DNA from: Chiloscyllium plagiosum
Lineage: Eukaryota
Length of the DNA stretch: 20,000 nt
Direction of reading: 5' to 3'
Assembly: GCF_004010195.1 (NCBI RefSeq)
Contig: NC_057754.1
Span: 5,490,006 to 5,510,005 of the forward strand
Shown here: piece after piece, positions 10,555 through 20,000 of the stretch
Layout of the letters: the number at the start of each line of letters is the position of its first letter
Position numbering within the stretch: position 1 is the stretch's first letter
Made by a program: the position numbers and the translations under genes
Notes under the pieces: generated by a model
Databases searched by the model: none
What the model saw: the letters and a program-made list of their open reading frames with translations, nothing else
What the model was told of the DNA's origin: nothing

Positions 10555-10919
10555 AGTGTTTGAGAAAGTGTAATTGAACTCAGCAGCTTAGCTTACCATT
10601 TGCTCTTTAAGACTTAGAATATGGTAAGCAGAATGGGAAGACTTTACCCCTGAAAGTAAGGATGGAGATCACCTTAGGAGAAAGAGGTCCTTGGCTTCAG
10701 TTATATTACATGCTTGCAGCCAAACACAGTGATAACAAGTTAGGTACTCCTTTGATGCTACAGTAAAGAGCCAGAGAAACTCGAGTTGTTGCCGCTGATG
10801 CAGATAAAGAAGCCACAGGTGGAATCAGTGTTTGAGAAAGTGTCATTGAACTCAGCAGCTTAGCTTACCATTTGCTCTTTAAGACTTAGAATATGGTAAG
10901 CAGAATGGGAAGACTTTAC
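10555..10919 (+). repeat. 93-bp direct repeat pair (10555-10647 and 10827-10919)
   Basis: The copies differ at one base (gtAattg vs gtCattg) and are offset by 272 bp. Each holds the inverted repeat GCTTACCAT...ATGGTAAGC. Confidence 0.95.
10764..10863 (+). other. Candidate terminal coding exon of a plus-strand gene
   Basis: ctcctttgatgctacag|t AAA... reads KEPEKLELLPLMQIKKPQVESVFEKVSLNSAA*. The phase-2 entry would fit an SLC22 last exon, but no diagnostic motif is present. Confidence 0.3.
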
Positions 10920-11069
10920 TCTCCCCTCAGACCCTGCTCTGTGTGATCCAGCACTCACTTCTGTACGGGACGTACATGTTCAGGAGGCACGCATAATAGA
11001 CCTGTATCTTGCTATGCTATGCCAGCTTCCCGCTGTAACACAGGCAAACGGGGCTGGCTCAGTTCAGGA

Positions 11070-11136
11070 AACCTGGTTGGTATGGACAAGTTGGTATGGA
11101 GGGCCTGTTTCTATGCGGTATGACTCTACGACTATG
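11070..11136 (+). mobile_element. CR1 3' tail remnant
   Basis: ggtatggacaagttgg..gggcctgtttctatgcggtatgactctacgact matches other CR1 tails in the window. Confidence 0.75.
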
Positions 11137-11339
11137 GCTAAGTGGCCCACCTAACAACTTATAGAGACCCAGCATCATCACAAAGTCCCCCCGTATTCAC
11201 TCGTCGTATCCTTCCAGTCTTAACAAAGGAATTAAACCAATTTCAAACCCACACACTGACAATTCCGATAATTTAACCACGTCCACTTCAATCTTGACTA
11301 GTTTGCCTGGGCTGGTGTTGCGTGTTTTTTTTTTAAAAA

Positions 11340-11530
11340 TCTAATATCTGTTCACAGCATGGGGACGTCACCAACAGGGCATAGCCTCTGTCATCACATC
11401 CACTTGAGAAGGTTTTGGTGAGCTGTCTTCTTCAACCGCCACAGTCCAATTAGCAGCGCCACCAAGAAACCGGGTTCCAGGATTACGATCTGTCAACCGT
11501 GCAGTTTAAAATCAAGGTAGGGTGCAGCTT
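11340..11530 (-). mobile_element. Old LINE 3' end remnant (family unassigned)
   Basis: cttgagaagg..ggtgagctgtcttcttcaaccgc..cagtcca..gttccaggatt resembles a recalled common shark LINE end. It is highly diverged. Confidence 0.4.
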
Positions 11531-11632
11531 GGATGGGTTAGTCACTGGACATCCTCAATGATTAGTTGACTCAATAGATTCCTTTCAGAGTAAAAGAAAA
11601 TGAATTTCTGGGGAGGTGACTGTAACAATTAA

Positions 11633-11638
11633 TTTAAT
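11633..11638 (-). terminator. Candidate MRPL49 polyadenylation signal (ATTAAA)
   Basis: Plus-strand tttaat lies about 130 nt after the stop. On the minus strand it is followed by a U-rich tract (cattttcttttac). Confidence 0.4.
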
Positions 11639-11767
11639 GGACTGCTCTGCATTTTATCACAATCTGGGCGTAACAATGGTACGGGTAGTTTTTTTTTTAG
11701 AAACAATGGCTCCTTCGAGTGAACAGAATCACATTTTTGGACACAGGCAGCCAACACAGTCACAGAC

Positions 11768-11914
11768 TTAGAAGCCTTTCTCCATCAGCCAGGACTTCAG
11801 TTCCTTGTCAAAATAACCTTTGACCCGGATGTTCATTGAGACCTCATTAACTTGCGTGAGGGGAGTCTTGCCCGTGATCTGTTCGAGGAATTTCTTCACA
11901 TCCTTCTCGAGCAT
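11768..11914 (-). CDS. MRPL49: Mitochondrial ribosomal protein L49, last coding exon
   Basis: ctgcctccttcAG| then [48 protein letters not shown], matching the recalled vertebrate MRPL49 C-terminus (GKTPVTQVNEV..KGYFDQELKAWLLEKGF). Confidence 0.97.
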   Translation of the reverse strand: MLEKDVKKFLEQITGKTPLTQVNEVSMNIRVKGYFDKELKSWLMEKGF

Positions 11915-12327
11915 CTGAAGGAGGCAGAAGAGCACCACGGGTTAAAAATGAAGACTCCCAACTCACCTAGCCATGCGCTGAGAGGACAGCTATAGTAAAC
12001 GCTTCAAAGCGAATGGCTAATCCATCAAAATTGTTTTGAACAGGTAGGCCAGGCTCAACTAAGTTATTCCGATTTGTACACTATTAAATAACCTGTGTGA
12101 GGTGGGAGCTTCCCGTTATTATTAACTCCTCTGCCAACACTTAACTCTGATGCCATCTGTCACAAGCAGCAAACACATATGTGGCTTTGTCAAGCAGGTT
12201 TCTGAAGTATTGCTCTGCTGTTATTTTGATTTTGATAGAAATATATACACTATCTCTCGCTTTCAAGAAATAATAACTAATTTATCAACAGCAGAAACCA
12301 ATACAGTGTTCTATTTACCAACAGTGT

Positions 12328-12995
12328 TAGAGGTCTGCAGCATGGAAACAGGCCCTTCGGCCCAACTTGTCTATGTTGCCCAGTTTTCATAATTAAGCTA
12401 GTCCAATTTGCCTGTGTTTGGTCCATATCCCTCCATACCTATCCCATCCATGTACCTAAGTGTTTCTTAAATGATAAAATTGTACTCGCTTCCACCACTA
12501 TCGCTGGCAGCCCTGTTCCAGACACTCACCACCCTCAGTGTGAAAAAATTACTCTTTTGAGTCTCTCCCCTCTCTCCTTAAACCTACGCCCTCCAGTTTT
12601 AGACTCCCCTATCACAGGGAAAAGCTGCTGGCTATTTACCTTATCTATACCTCTCATGATTTTATAAACCCCTATAAGGTCACCACCCACCCCCGTCTCC
12701 TACGCTCCTAGGAAACAAGTCCCAGCCTTCCCTTATAACTCAACCCTTCCAGACCAAATAGCATCCTAGTAAATCTTCTCTCCACTTTTTCACATTTAAT
12801 AATACCCTTTCTGGATTAGGGCATCCAGAACTCCAAGTGTGGCCTCACCAACATCTCGTACAGCTGCAACAAGATGTCCCAACCCCTTCACTTAATGCTC
12901 TGACCGATGAAAGCTAGCACACCCTGTCCACCTGTGACTCCACTTTCAAGGAACAATGCCGTGCGCCCCTAGACTCCTTCGTTCTAAAACACTCG
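12328..12995 (-). mobile_element. CR1 LINE 3' fragment in an MRPL49 intron
   Basis: Tail gcatggaaacaggcccttcggcccaac on the plus strand. The body is the reverse complement of the CR1 at 2447-3151 (ttatctat..ctcatgattttataaac..ctataaggtcac). Confidence 0.9.
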
Positions 12996-13395
12996 AGTTA
13001 GAAAATGATACCTGAGCGACGAATTCCGCAGATGGATACCTCTCAAGCATACAAAATATATCTTGATGATGAGCACCAAAGACCTGTATCACAACCCCTT
13101 TTCTTCACATGCATGTGCCCTTTGGCTAAGCCCATAAAAAGAATGATCTCAAAGTTCACAGGCAAAACAAAATCGTGGAACAGCAAGCTTCAAGCAAGCC
13201 TGAGTAAAGCTGATGCAAAAGGATAAAGAGACTCTGAGCGCAGTGCAATGTAAATGCAAGGGAAGCATTGTCTCATATGGTAAAATTCCTCAATAAAATG
13301 CAGGAATGGAAACGCAGGATCCTTAGAAGCAGAACTGCAGACAAAAATGATTGAGAACACCAACAAAGAACAACAGTGGGTTATATTTACAGGGA

Positions 13396-13635
13396 CTAGG
13401 AGAAAGTGAGGACTGCAGATGCTGGAGATCAGAGTCAAAATGTGTGGCACTGGAAAAGCACAGCCGGTCAGGCAGCATCCGAGGAGCAGGAGAGTCGACG
13501 TTTTGAACATACGCTCTTCATCAGGAAAATGAAAAGCTCTTCCTGATGAAGGGCTTATGCTCAAAACATGGACTCTCCTGCTTCTCGGATGCTGCCTGAC
13601 CGGCTGTGCTTTTCCAGCGCCACACTTTTTGACTC
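13396..13635. mobile_element. Palindromic Penelope-like terminal insertion (second family)
   Basis: 97-bp inverted arms at 13431-13527 and 13540-13636, each with CTGATGA-A-stem-(G>A)AAAC. Imperfect 12-bp flanking repeat tatttacaggga / tattgaaaggga. Confidence 0.85.
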
Positions 13636-13991
13636 TATTGAAAGGGATGTTGAGTACGAATCCCAAGATGTGATAATGAATCTAATTAAAACTTTCAGTC
13701 ACAATTACAATATTTGCACTTATCAACAGATTTCCACATGTCCAAAACATTAAAGGACACAATAATATTGCAGAAAGACGGTGCTGAAGATAAAGATTAG
13801 CCATGACCCAATGATTGACAGAGCACGCTCAATGGCTTACGCATGGAAACATTTTCTTCCTGATTTGGCCCCCACGACCGATTTTCCGTATCTTATATGA
13901 GTTATTAGATAATGACCCAAAAAGTACAAACATTCATCACAGCCTTTACTTTCAATTATTTGTAGGCTTTCCTCCACTCTAGATGTTTTCG

Positions 13992-14774
13992 TAGATATCC
14001 AACAATGTGGAAGCAGGCCATTCGGCTCATTGAGTCCAAACAGACCCCTCCAAAAAGCATCCCAACCAGACCCAATCCCCACCCCACTCTAACTCTGTAA
14101 CCCTGCATTTCCCATGGCTAACCCACCTAACCTGTACATCGCTGGACACTATGGGACAATTTAGCACAGCCAATCCACCCTAACCTGCACATCCCTGGGC
14201 ACTGTGGGACAATTTAGCACGGTCAATCACCCTAACCTGCACATCCCTGGGCACCATGGGACAATTTAGCACGGTCAATCCACCCTAACCTGCCCATCCC
14301 TGGACGCTATGGGACAATTTAGCACGGCCAATCCACCCTAACCTGCACATCCCTGGGCGCTATGGAACAATTTAGCACGGCCAATCCACCCTAACCTGCA
14401 CATCCCTGGGCACTATGGGACAATTTAGCATGGCCAGTCCACCCTAACCTGCACATCCCTGGACGCAATGGGACAATTTAGCACGGCCAATCCACCCTAA
14501 CCTGCACATCCCTGGATGCTATGGGACAATTTAGCACGGCCAATCCACCCTAACCTGCACATCCCTGGACGCTATGGGACAATTTAGCACGGCCAATCCA
14601 CCCTAACCTGCACATCTTTGGGTTGTGGGAGGAAACTGGAGCACCCAGACGAAACTCATGCAGACACGGGGAGAACATGCGAACTTCACACTGCCAGTCA
14701 CCTGAGGGTGGAATCAAACCTGGATCCATGACACTGTAAGGCCGCAGTGCTAACCACTGAGCTACCGTGCTGCC
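13992..14774 (-). mobile_element. HE1-type V-SINE with ten 53-bp units
   Basis: Head ggcagcacggtagctcagtggttagc, V-domain, 10 occurrences of cctaacctg(c/t)acatc-like at 52-53 bp spacing from 14126 to 14615, HE1 tail. Confidence 0.92.
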
Positions 14775-15087
14775 TTTTCTTGGGCGCATTACTGTCCATC
14801 CAGCTTGTCTGACCAATTCTAATGATGGGTAATATTCAAAATGCAAACTTGCCTTACTATTTAAAATACTGACCCGCGTACCGTGTACATTTCTGCCAAC
14901 AAACTAAAAATATTCAATTCGTGACAAAACAATTCAATCAAAATTACAAAGCTACCACGCAAAAGAAGGCAAACTTTGTGAACAATCACACAAGCTTTAC
15001 AAGAAATTGAACCATCCTTAAAGACGAGACTACCTTTTCCCGCTGTCAAAGCCGTAATGTTACGAGGTTAATTTCACAAGGTCACAT

Positions 15088-15215
15088 GGGCGGCACGGTG
15101 GCACAGTGGTTAGCACTGCTGCCTCACAGCGCCGGAGACCCGGGTTCAGTTCACGCCTCAGGCGACTGACTGTGTGGAGTTTGCACGTTCTCCCCGTGTT
15201 TGCGTGGGTTTCCTC
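15088..15215 (+). mobile_element. 3'-truncated (tailless) HE1-type SINE with 6-bp TSD
   Basis: Begins at the head gggcggcacggtggcacagtgg and stops inside the V-domain at gggtttcctc. TCACAT occurs at 15082-15087 and 15216-15221. Confidence 0.9.
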
Positions 15216-15223
15216 TCACATAC

Positions 15224-15348
15224 CCAGATATCACCCTCGATTTTCCGAACGACAGTCATCTTCCTGTTGCCGTGAGTGATGTCTGTATAAACGGGGAGAT
15301 TGTGCATCCTGGAACGCCGGATCAGGTATGGCAAGTCAGGAGGTGGAT
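15224..15348 (-). CDS. MRPL49: Mitochondrial ribosomal protein L49, internal exon (125 bp)
   Basis: ttttttaacAG| (D)[47 protein letters not shown]. Phases are compatible with both neighbouring exons. Confidence 0.97.
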
Positions 15349-15542
15349 CTGTTAAAAAACATTAAAGCATAAATCAAAGCATTCTTTACCAGAGGTAATC
15401 GCAAGATGTTTAGTGAGCTTTGCGAAAGCATGGCTGATATAGAATTTCCTACCCAGAAGAACATTAGTGAGCCAGACAGGTCTCTGACAACCCAAAGATT
15501 TGAGATAGAAATTACTGATACCTCTTATTCCAGAACGGAGGA

Positions 15543-15998
15543 GCAAATTACTGCAGATGCTGGAATCTGGACTGAAAACAGGAAGTGCTGGAAATCTCAG
15601 TGGGGCAGGCAGCATCCGTGGAGACAGAGAGAGAGCTAACTTTTCAAGTCTAGGTGATTTGAATTATTGTTATCACATGTACCTAGGTACAGTGAAAAGT
15701 TTTGTTTTACATGCAGTACAGGCAGATCATACTGTACACACAAAGATCACAGGGCGATTGAGCAGGGCGAGGAATACAAAGTTAAGGTTGCAAAGAAAGT
15801 GTACAAAAAGCAAGATCAACATCCGATTTGAAATCTGAGAGGTCCATTCAGAAAGTCTAATAACAGCAGGGAAGAAACAGGTATGTTTTGAGCTTTTGTA
15901 TCTTCTGCTGTTGGAAGAGATTATGATTGGGGTAGGAGAGGGGGGTCTTTGATGATGTTGGTTGTCATTCCACAGCAATGACTCTTCATCAGGAGCTG
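15543..15998 (-). mobile_element. Penelope-like terminus split by a Rex1/Babar-like insertion
   Basis: actgcagatgctggaatc..gtgctggaaa..caggcagcatcc..aacttttcaagtctaggtga (to 15657) continues as tgactcttcatcag at 15979. Confidence 0.65.
15658..15977 (-). mobile_element. Rex1/Babar-like LINE 3' fragment
   Basis: Homologous to 1765-2050 (cagtgaaaa..gagaggtccattcagaa..aacagc). Minus peptide RRYKSS..FFPAVIRL. Confidence 0.8.
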
Positions 15999-16022
15999 AC
16001 GCGATGTGTGGAGGGTAAACAA

Positions 16023-16311
16023 GCAGGAGGCTGGGGGAGCACAGCAAGGCAGGCAGCATCAGGAGGGAGAGGCAGGAGGCTGGGGGAGCACAGCAAGGCA
16101 GGCAGCATCAGGAGGGACAGGCAGGAGGCTGGAGGAACACAGCAAGGCAGGCAGCATCAGGAGGGACAGGCAGGAGGCGGGAGGAACACAGCAAGGCAGA
16201 CAGCACCAGGAGGGACAGGCAGGAGGCTGGGGGAGCACAGCAAGACAGGCAGCATCAGGAGGGACAGGCAGGAGGCTGGGGGAACACAGCAAGGCAGGCA
16301 GCATCAGGAGG
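16023..16311. repeat. 49-bp minisatellite, about 6 copies, derived from a PLE terminus
   Basis: Units start at 16023, 16072, 16121, 16170, 16219 and 16268. The last runs into gaagtcaatgtttcggatgtaacctttcttcag (minus CTGAAGA..CCGAAAC). Confidence 0.9.
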
Positions 16312-16974
16312 TGGAGAAGTCAATGTTTCGGATGTAACCTTTCTTCAGAAATGGAGGTGGGTTGGGGGAGCTGCAGATAAAGGTGGTGGAGGGCTTTGGT
16401 TGGGAGAGGGGCGGAATGGTGAGATAGTGACAGGTGAACACAGGTGGAGGGAGCAGTATTTATGCTATAGTAGTGGGTTGAGGTGCTGGGAGAGAAAGGA
16501 TGTTGATAGTTCTGATTAAGGAATCAGAATGTCAGGACAGTGGTGTGTCCAACTACCAAACATAAATCAGTGCAGATGCTAGAATCTGTACTGGAAAGCT
16601 TGCTCCATGTCAGAAGTCATCACGGAAAGTTCGCTTTTTCTTCTAACTCCAAGCTCTCTTTCAAAGACAGTGGACTGGATTACATGTCAAGGTCTCCTAG
16701 AAGCGCTGACCTCCCCACCCCCCCTCCCCCCACCATCAGCATTATTTCAAAGGCAATAATTTGTTACTTTTTGGTGGGGCAAGTGGCAGACTGAAAAATC
16801 GAGGTGAAGGGCCAAACCTCTCCATATCAGATGGCTAAAGGAGTAAAAGGAGCCAGCGGGCTAAATCGTGGTCATAGTTAGGGAACACCAAGCTAGAGAT
16901 TTAAAAGGCTGTGACCTACACAAGGAGGAAACAGTGAGTCGTTTCATACAGACTCCAATGCAGAAAATATTTCG

Positions 16975-17861
16975 AGGCACTTGGTGGGGCAAATCAGAGC
17001 AGGACTTATATATTTAATGACAATGTTTTGGAGACCTTGGAGTGCAGGGTCAAAGTTCCTTGAAAGTGGGGTTAAAGGAAGACAGTACAGTGCCTAGGGT
17101 TTGTACCTTGGTAATTTGTACCCAAGATGGCACCATGAGAGGTGACATTGTAAACTTTTCAATGTACTCCTGTATTTGAGTACCGGTCACAATAAAACAT
17201 ATTCTATTCTATTCTAGCGAAGCAGGGGTTTGATATGCTTGCCTTTTTTTGGTCAGTGCACTGAGTATTGGTGTTGGGAGGTCATGTTGTACAAGACATT
17301 GGTTAGACCACTTTTGGAATACTGCATTCAATTCTGGTCTCCCTACCATAGGAAAGATGTTGTGAAACTTGAAAGGGTTCAGAAAAGATTCACAAAGAAG
17401 TTGCTAAGGTTGGAGGATTTGAGCTATCGGGGGAGGCTGAATAGGCTGGGGCTGTTTTCCCTGGAATGTCGGAGGCTGAGGGCTGACCTTATAGAGGTTT
17501 ACAAAATCATGTGGGGCATGGATAGGGTAATTAGGCAAGAGTATTCACTACACCCAGAGTAGTGAAGTCCAAAACTAGAGGGCACACGTTTAAGATGACG
17601 GGGAAAAGATTTAAAAGGGACCTAGGGGAAACTTTTTCATGCAAAGGGTGGTGCGTGTATGGAACGAACTGCCAGAGGAAGTGGTGGAGGCTGGTACAAT
17701 GACAACATTTAAAAGGCATCAGCATGGGTACATGAATAGGGAGGGTTCAGATGGATGTGTGTTCAATACTGGCAAATGGGACGAGATTAATTCAGGATAT
17801 CTGGTCAGCGTGGATAAGTTGGACCAAAGGGTACGTTTCTGCGCTGTATAGCTCTACGACT
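16975..17861 (+). mobile_element. CR1 LINE 3' fragment with an internal insertion
   Basis: LYKTLVRPLLEYCIQFWSPYHRKDVVKLERVQKRF..QRVVRVWNELPEEVVEAG, tail ctgtatagctctacgact. Confidence 0.93.
17093..17215 (+). mobile_element. Short retroposon 3' end inserted in CR1
   Basis: Non-CR1 block ending aataaa..(attct)3. CR1 sequence resumes directly after it. Confidence 0.65.
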
Positions 17862-18253
17862 TAGCAAAAGAGATAGTGGTCAAGGAGACAGAGCTATTGA
17901 CAATCAACAAGGTTTCAAAGAGGGAGACGCAGAGGAATTTAAACAGGTGAGTCCAGAATAATGAGTGAGGCAACAGAGGACAGGACAAAGCAGAGGATGC
18001 ATACAGGATACTTGAAACAGAAAGGTCAACAAGGGATACTATTGAAGCAAATTAGGGTTTTGAGTTGATGGGATTAACACAATGCCGTTTAATTTCAATA
18101 TAGATCATTTACAAAGAATAAAAACAGTGCACAACGTAGTTTAAATAAAAAAGAGCTAATTCTTTTAGTGAAAAATGACTAGTTGTTATTGTAAAAAAAA
18201 AGGTTGTAATGTAGAGAAATTGGCAAAATGGATAAGCTATCAATAATATGGAC

Positions 18254-18413
18254 CTCGAGGTGGGCACCATCCTGATGGCGTGGGGTAGCGATCATGTTTC
18301 GGAGGAACAGGTACTGTGGTAGGTGGAATCAATCGCTCCACAAACTTGAACTCCTCTGTTGACTCTATAATTCCTGGATATTTAGGATCGGAACTTGGAG
18401 AATTGGTGTAGTT
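18254..18413 (-). CDS. MRPL49: Mitochondrial ribosomal protein L49, internal exon (160 bp)
   Basis: gctctttcct[55 protein letters not shown]+G |GTCCAT, matching recalled FVERLLP..PPKH..YPTPSGW.PPR. Confidence 0.95.
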
Positions 18414-18514
18414 CTAGGAAAGAGCAAAAATATCACGTTCAGCGTTATAGGATGAATATTACAGAGCTTGCACCACCAGTGTATATTGGAAAACAACAGC
18501 ATTTCTACTCATTT

Positions 18515-19188
18515 CATAGATTCATAGAATCCCTACAGTGTGGAAAGAGACCGATCAGCCCACCAAGTCCATGCCGACCCTCCAAACAGCATCCTACCCA
18601 GACCCACGTCCTCAACCTATTCCCGTAACCTTGCATTTCCCATGGCCAATCCACCCTAACCTGCACATCCCTGGACACTATGGGACAATTTAGCACGGCC
18701 AATCCACCCTAACATGCACATCTCTGGGCACTATGGGACAATTTAACATGGCCAATTCACCCTAACCTGCACATCCCTGGACACTGTGGGACAATTTAAC
18801 ATAGCCAATCCACCCTAACCTACACATCCCTGGGCACTGTGGGACAATTTAACATGGCTAATTCACCCTAACCTGCACATCCCTGGGCACTATGGGACAA
18901 TATAGCATGGCCAATCCACCCTAACCTGCATATCCCTGGGCACTATGGACAATTTAGCACGGCCAATCCACCCTAACCTGCACATTCCTGGGCACTATGG
19001 ACAATTTAACATGGCCAATCCACCTAGCATGCACATCTTCGGACTCTGATAGGAAATCAGAGTACCTGGAGGAAACCCATGCGACACGGGGAGAATGTGT
19101 AAACTCCACACAGACAGTCGCCTGAGGGTGGAATGCGTCCCTGATGCTGTGAGGCAGCAGTGCTAACTACTGAGCTGCCATGCCACCC
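18515..19188 (-). mobile_element. HE1-type V-SINE with eight 53-bp units
   Basis: Head gggtggcatggcagctcagtagttagc, V-domain, 8 units from 18655 to 19037, tail ctgtagggattctatgaatctatga. Confidence 0.92.
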
Positions 19189-19656
19189 TTTACCCAATTA
19201 AGTCACTGGCATGGATTCCACAGGGACCAAAATGGCCACTGATCCCTTACTGACATCATTTCTGAATCCCTCAGCAAGAACAGGCACTGCACCACCACTA
19301 CTGAAACCCACAACACAATTGAAGCCCAAAACGGAATTAATTTCATGAGAGGAGAACATGCCATATACGTTATCACCAGATCTATAGAAGGCACTGTCAT
19401 CACTACTACACCTCCAATGATAGTACTGACATTACCACTGGACAAGGGTCACTGTCAACTGGACAGTGTCAACTAGTCAATGTCATCATCGAAGGATCCC
19501 TAAATAACAGCACCAGTCATTCCCTAAGGGATTAATGCACATATTTACGGGCAGTCAGTTACCAGGAGACATCTGCTCTCACTGTCATCACCAGTAAACA
19601 ATTACTAGCACTGTGGTCACCACCAACTGGTACTGACACTGCCACCTCCAGCCGAT

Positions 19657-20000
19657 ATAGATTAGATTAGATTACCTACAGAATGGATCAACAAGTCCAC
19701 ACCAACCCTCCAGAGAGCAACACATCCAGACCCATTCACTCCTGACTAATACACCTAACACTACAGGCAATTTCCCACGGCCAATCCACCCTAACCTGCA
19801 TATCCCTGGGCACTATGGGACAATTTAGCACGGCCAATCCACCCTAACCTGTACATCCCTGGGCACTATGAGACAATTTAGCACGGCCAATCCACCCTAA
19901 CCTGCACATCCCTGGACACTATGGGACAATTTAGCACGGCCAATCCACCCAAACCTGAACATCCCTGGGCACTGCGGGGACAATATAGCACGGCCAATCC
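19657..20000 (-). mobile_element. HE1-type V-SINE, tail plus at least four 53-bp units, running off the window
   Basis: (TCTAA)n tail at about 19657-19673 and units at about 19790, 19843, 19896 and 19949. Confidence 0.9.

Noticed and set aside
14100..14620. Regular repeat arrays as CRISPR
   Set aside because: Units are contiguous with no unique spacers, sit inside SINEs, and the context is vertebrate.
15088..15160. tRNA gene
   Set aside because: The A/B boxes continue into the V-domain; this is a SINE head, as are the other copies.
15978..16380. 119-124 aa repetitive ORFs
   Set aside because: They are translations of the 49-bp minisatellite, open only because the unit lacks stops.
19203..19445. 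80-aa minus ORF as MRPL49 exon 1
   Set aside because: Val-rich low-complexity translation ending in a stop, unlike a basic mitochondrial presequence.

Overview
Repeat-dense vertebrate genomic DNA, most likely from a shark (inferred from HE1/V-SINEs and CR1/HER1-type LINEs). The ORF track misses the real genes. Three coding exons of MRPL49 lie on the minus strand (18413-18254, 15348-15224, 11914-11768); exon 1 was not found and is probably beyond 20000. An isolated SLC22/OAT-type exon 2 lies on the plus strand at 4679-4782; its splice acceptor reads CGG instead of CAG, so it looks like a pseudogene remnant. A possible plus-strand terminal exon at 10764-10863 overlaps a 93-bp duplication. The rest is decayed, often nested retroelements: CR1, Rex1/Babar-like fragments, tRNA-headed V-SINEs with internal 53-bp tandem arrays of 1-10 copies, and Penelope-like (PLE) termini carrying minimal hammerhead-ribozyme motifs, two of them as short palindromic insertions with target-site duplications (TSDs). 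I see no evidence of a wholly new system. Family names come from recalled motifs, not database searches.
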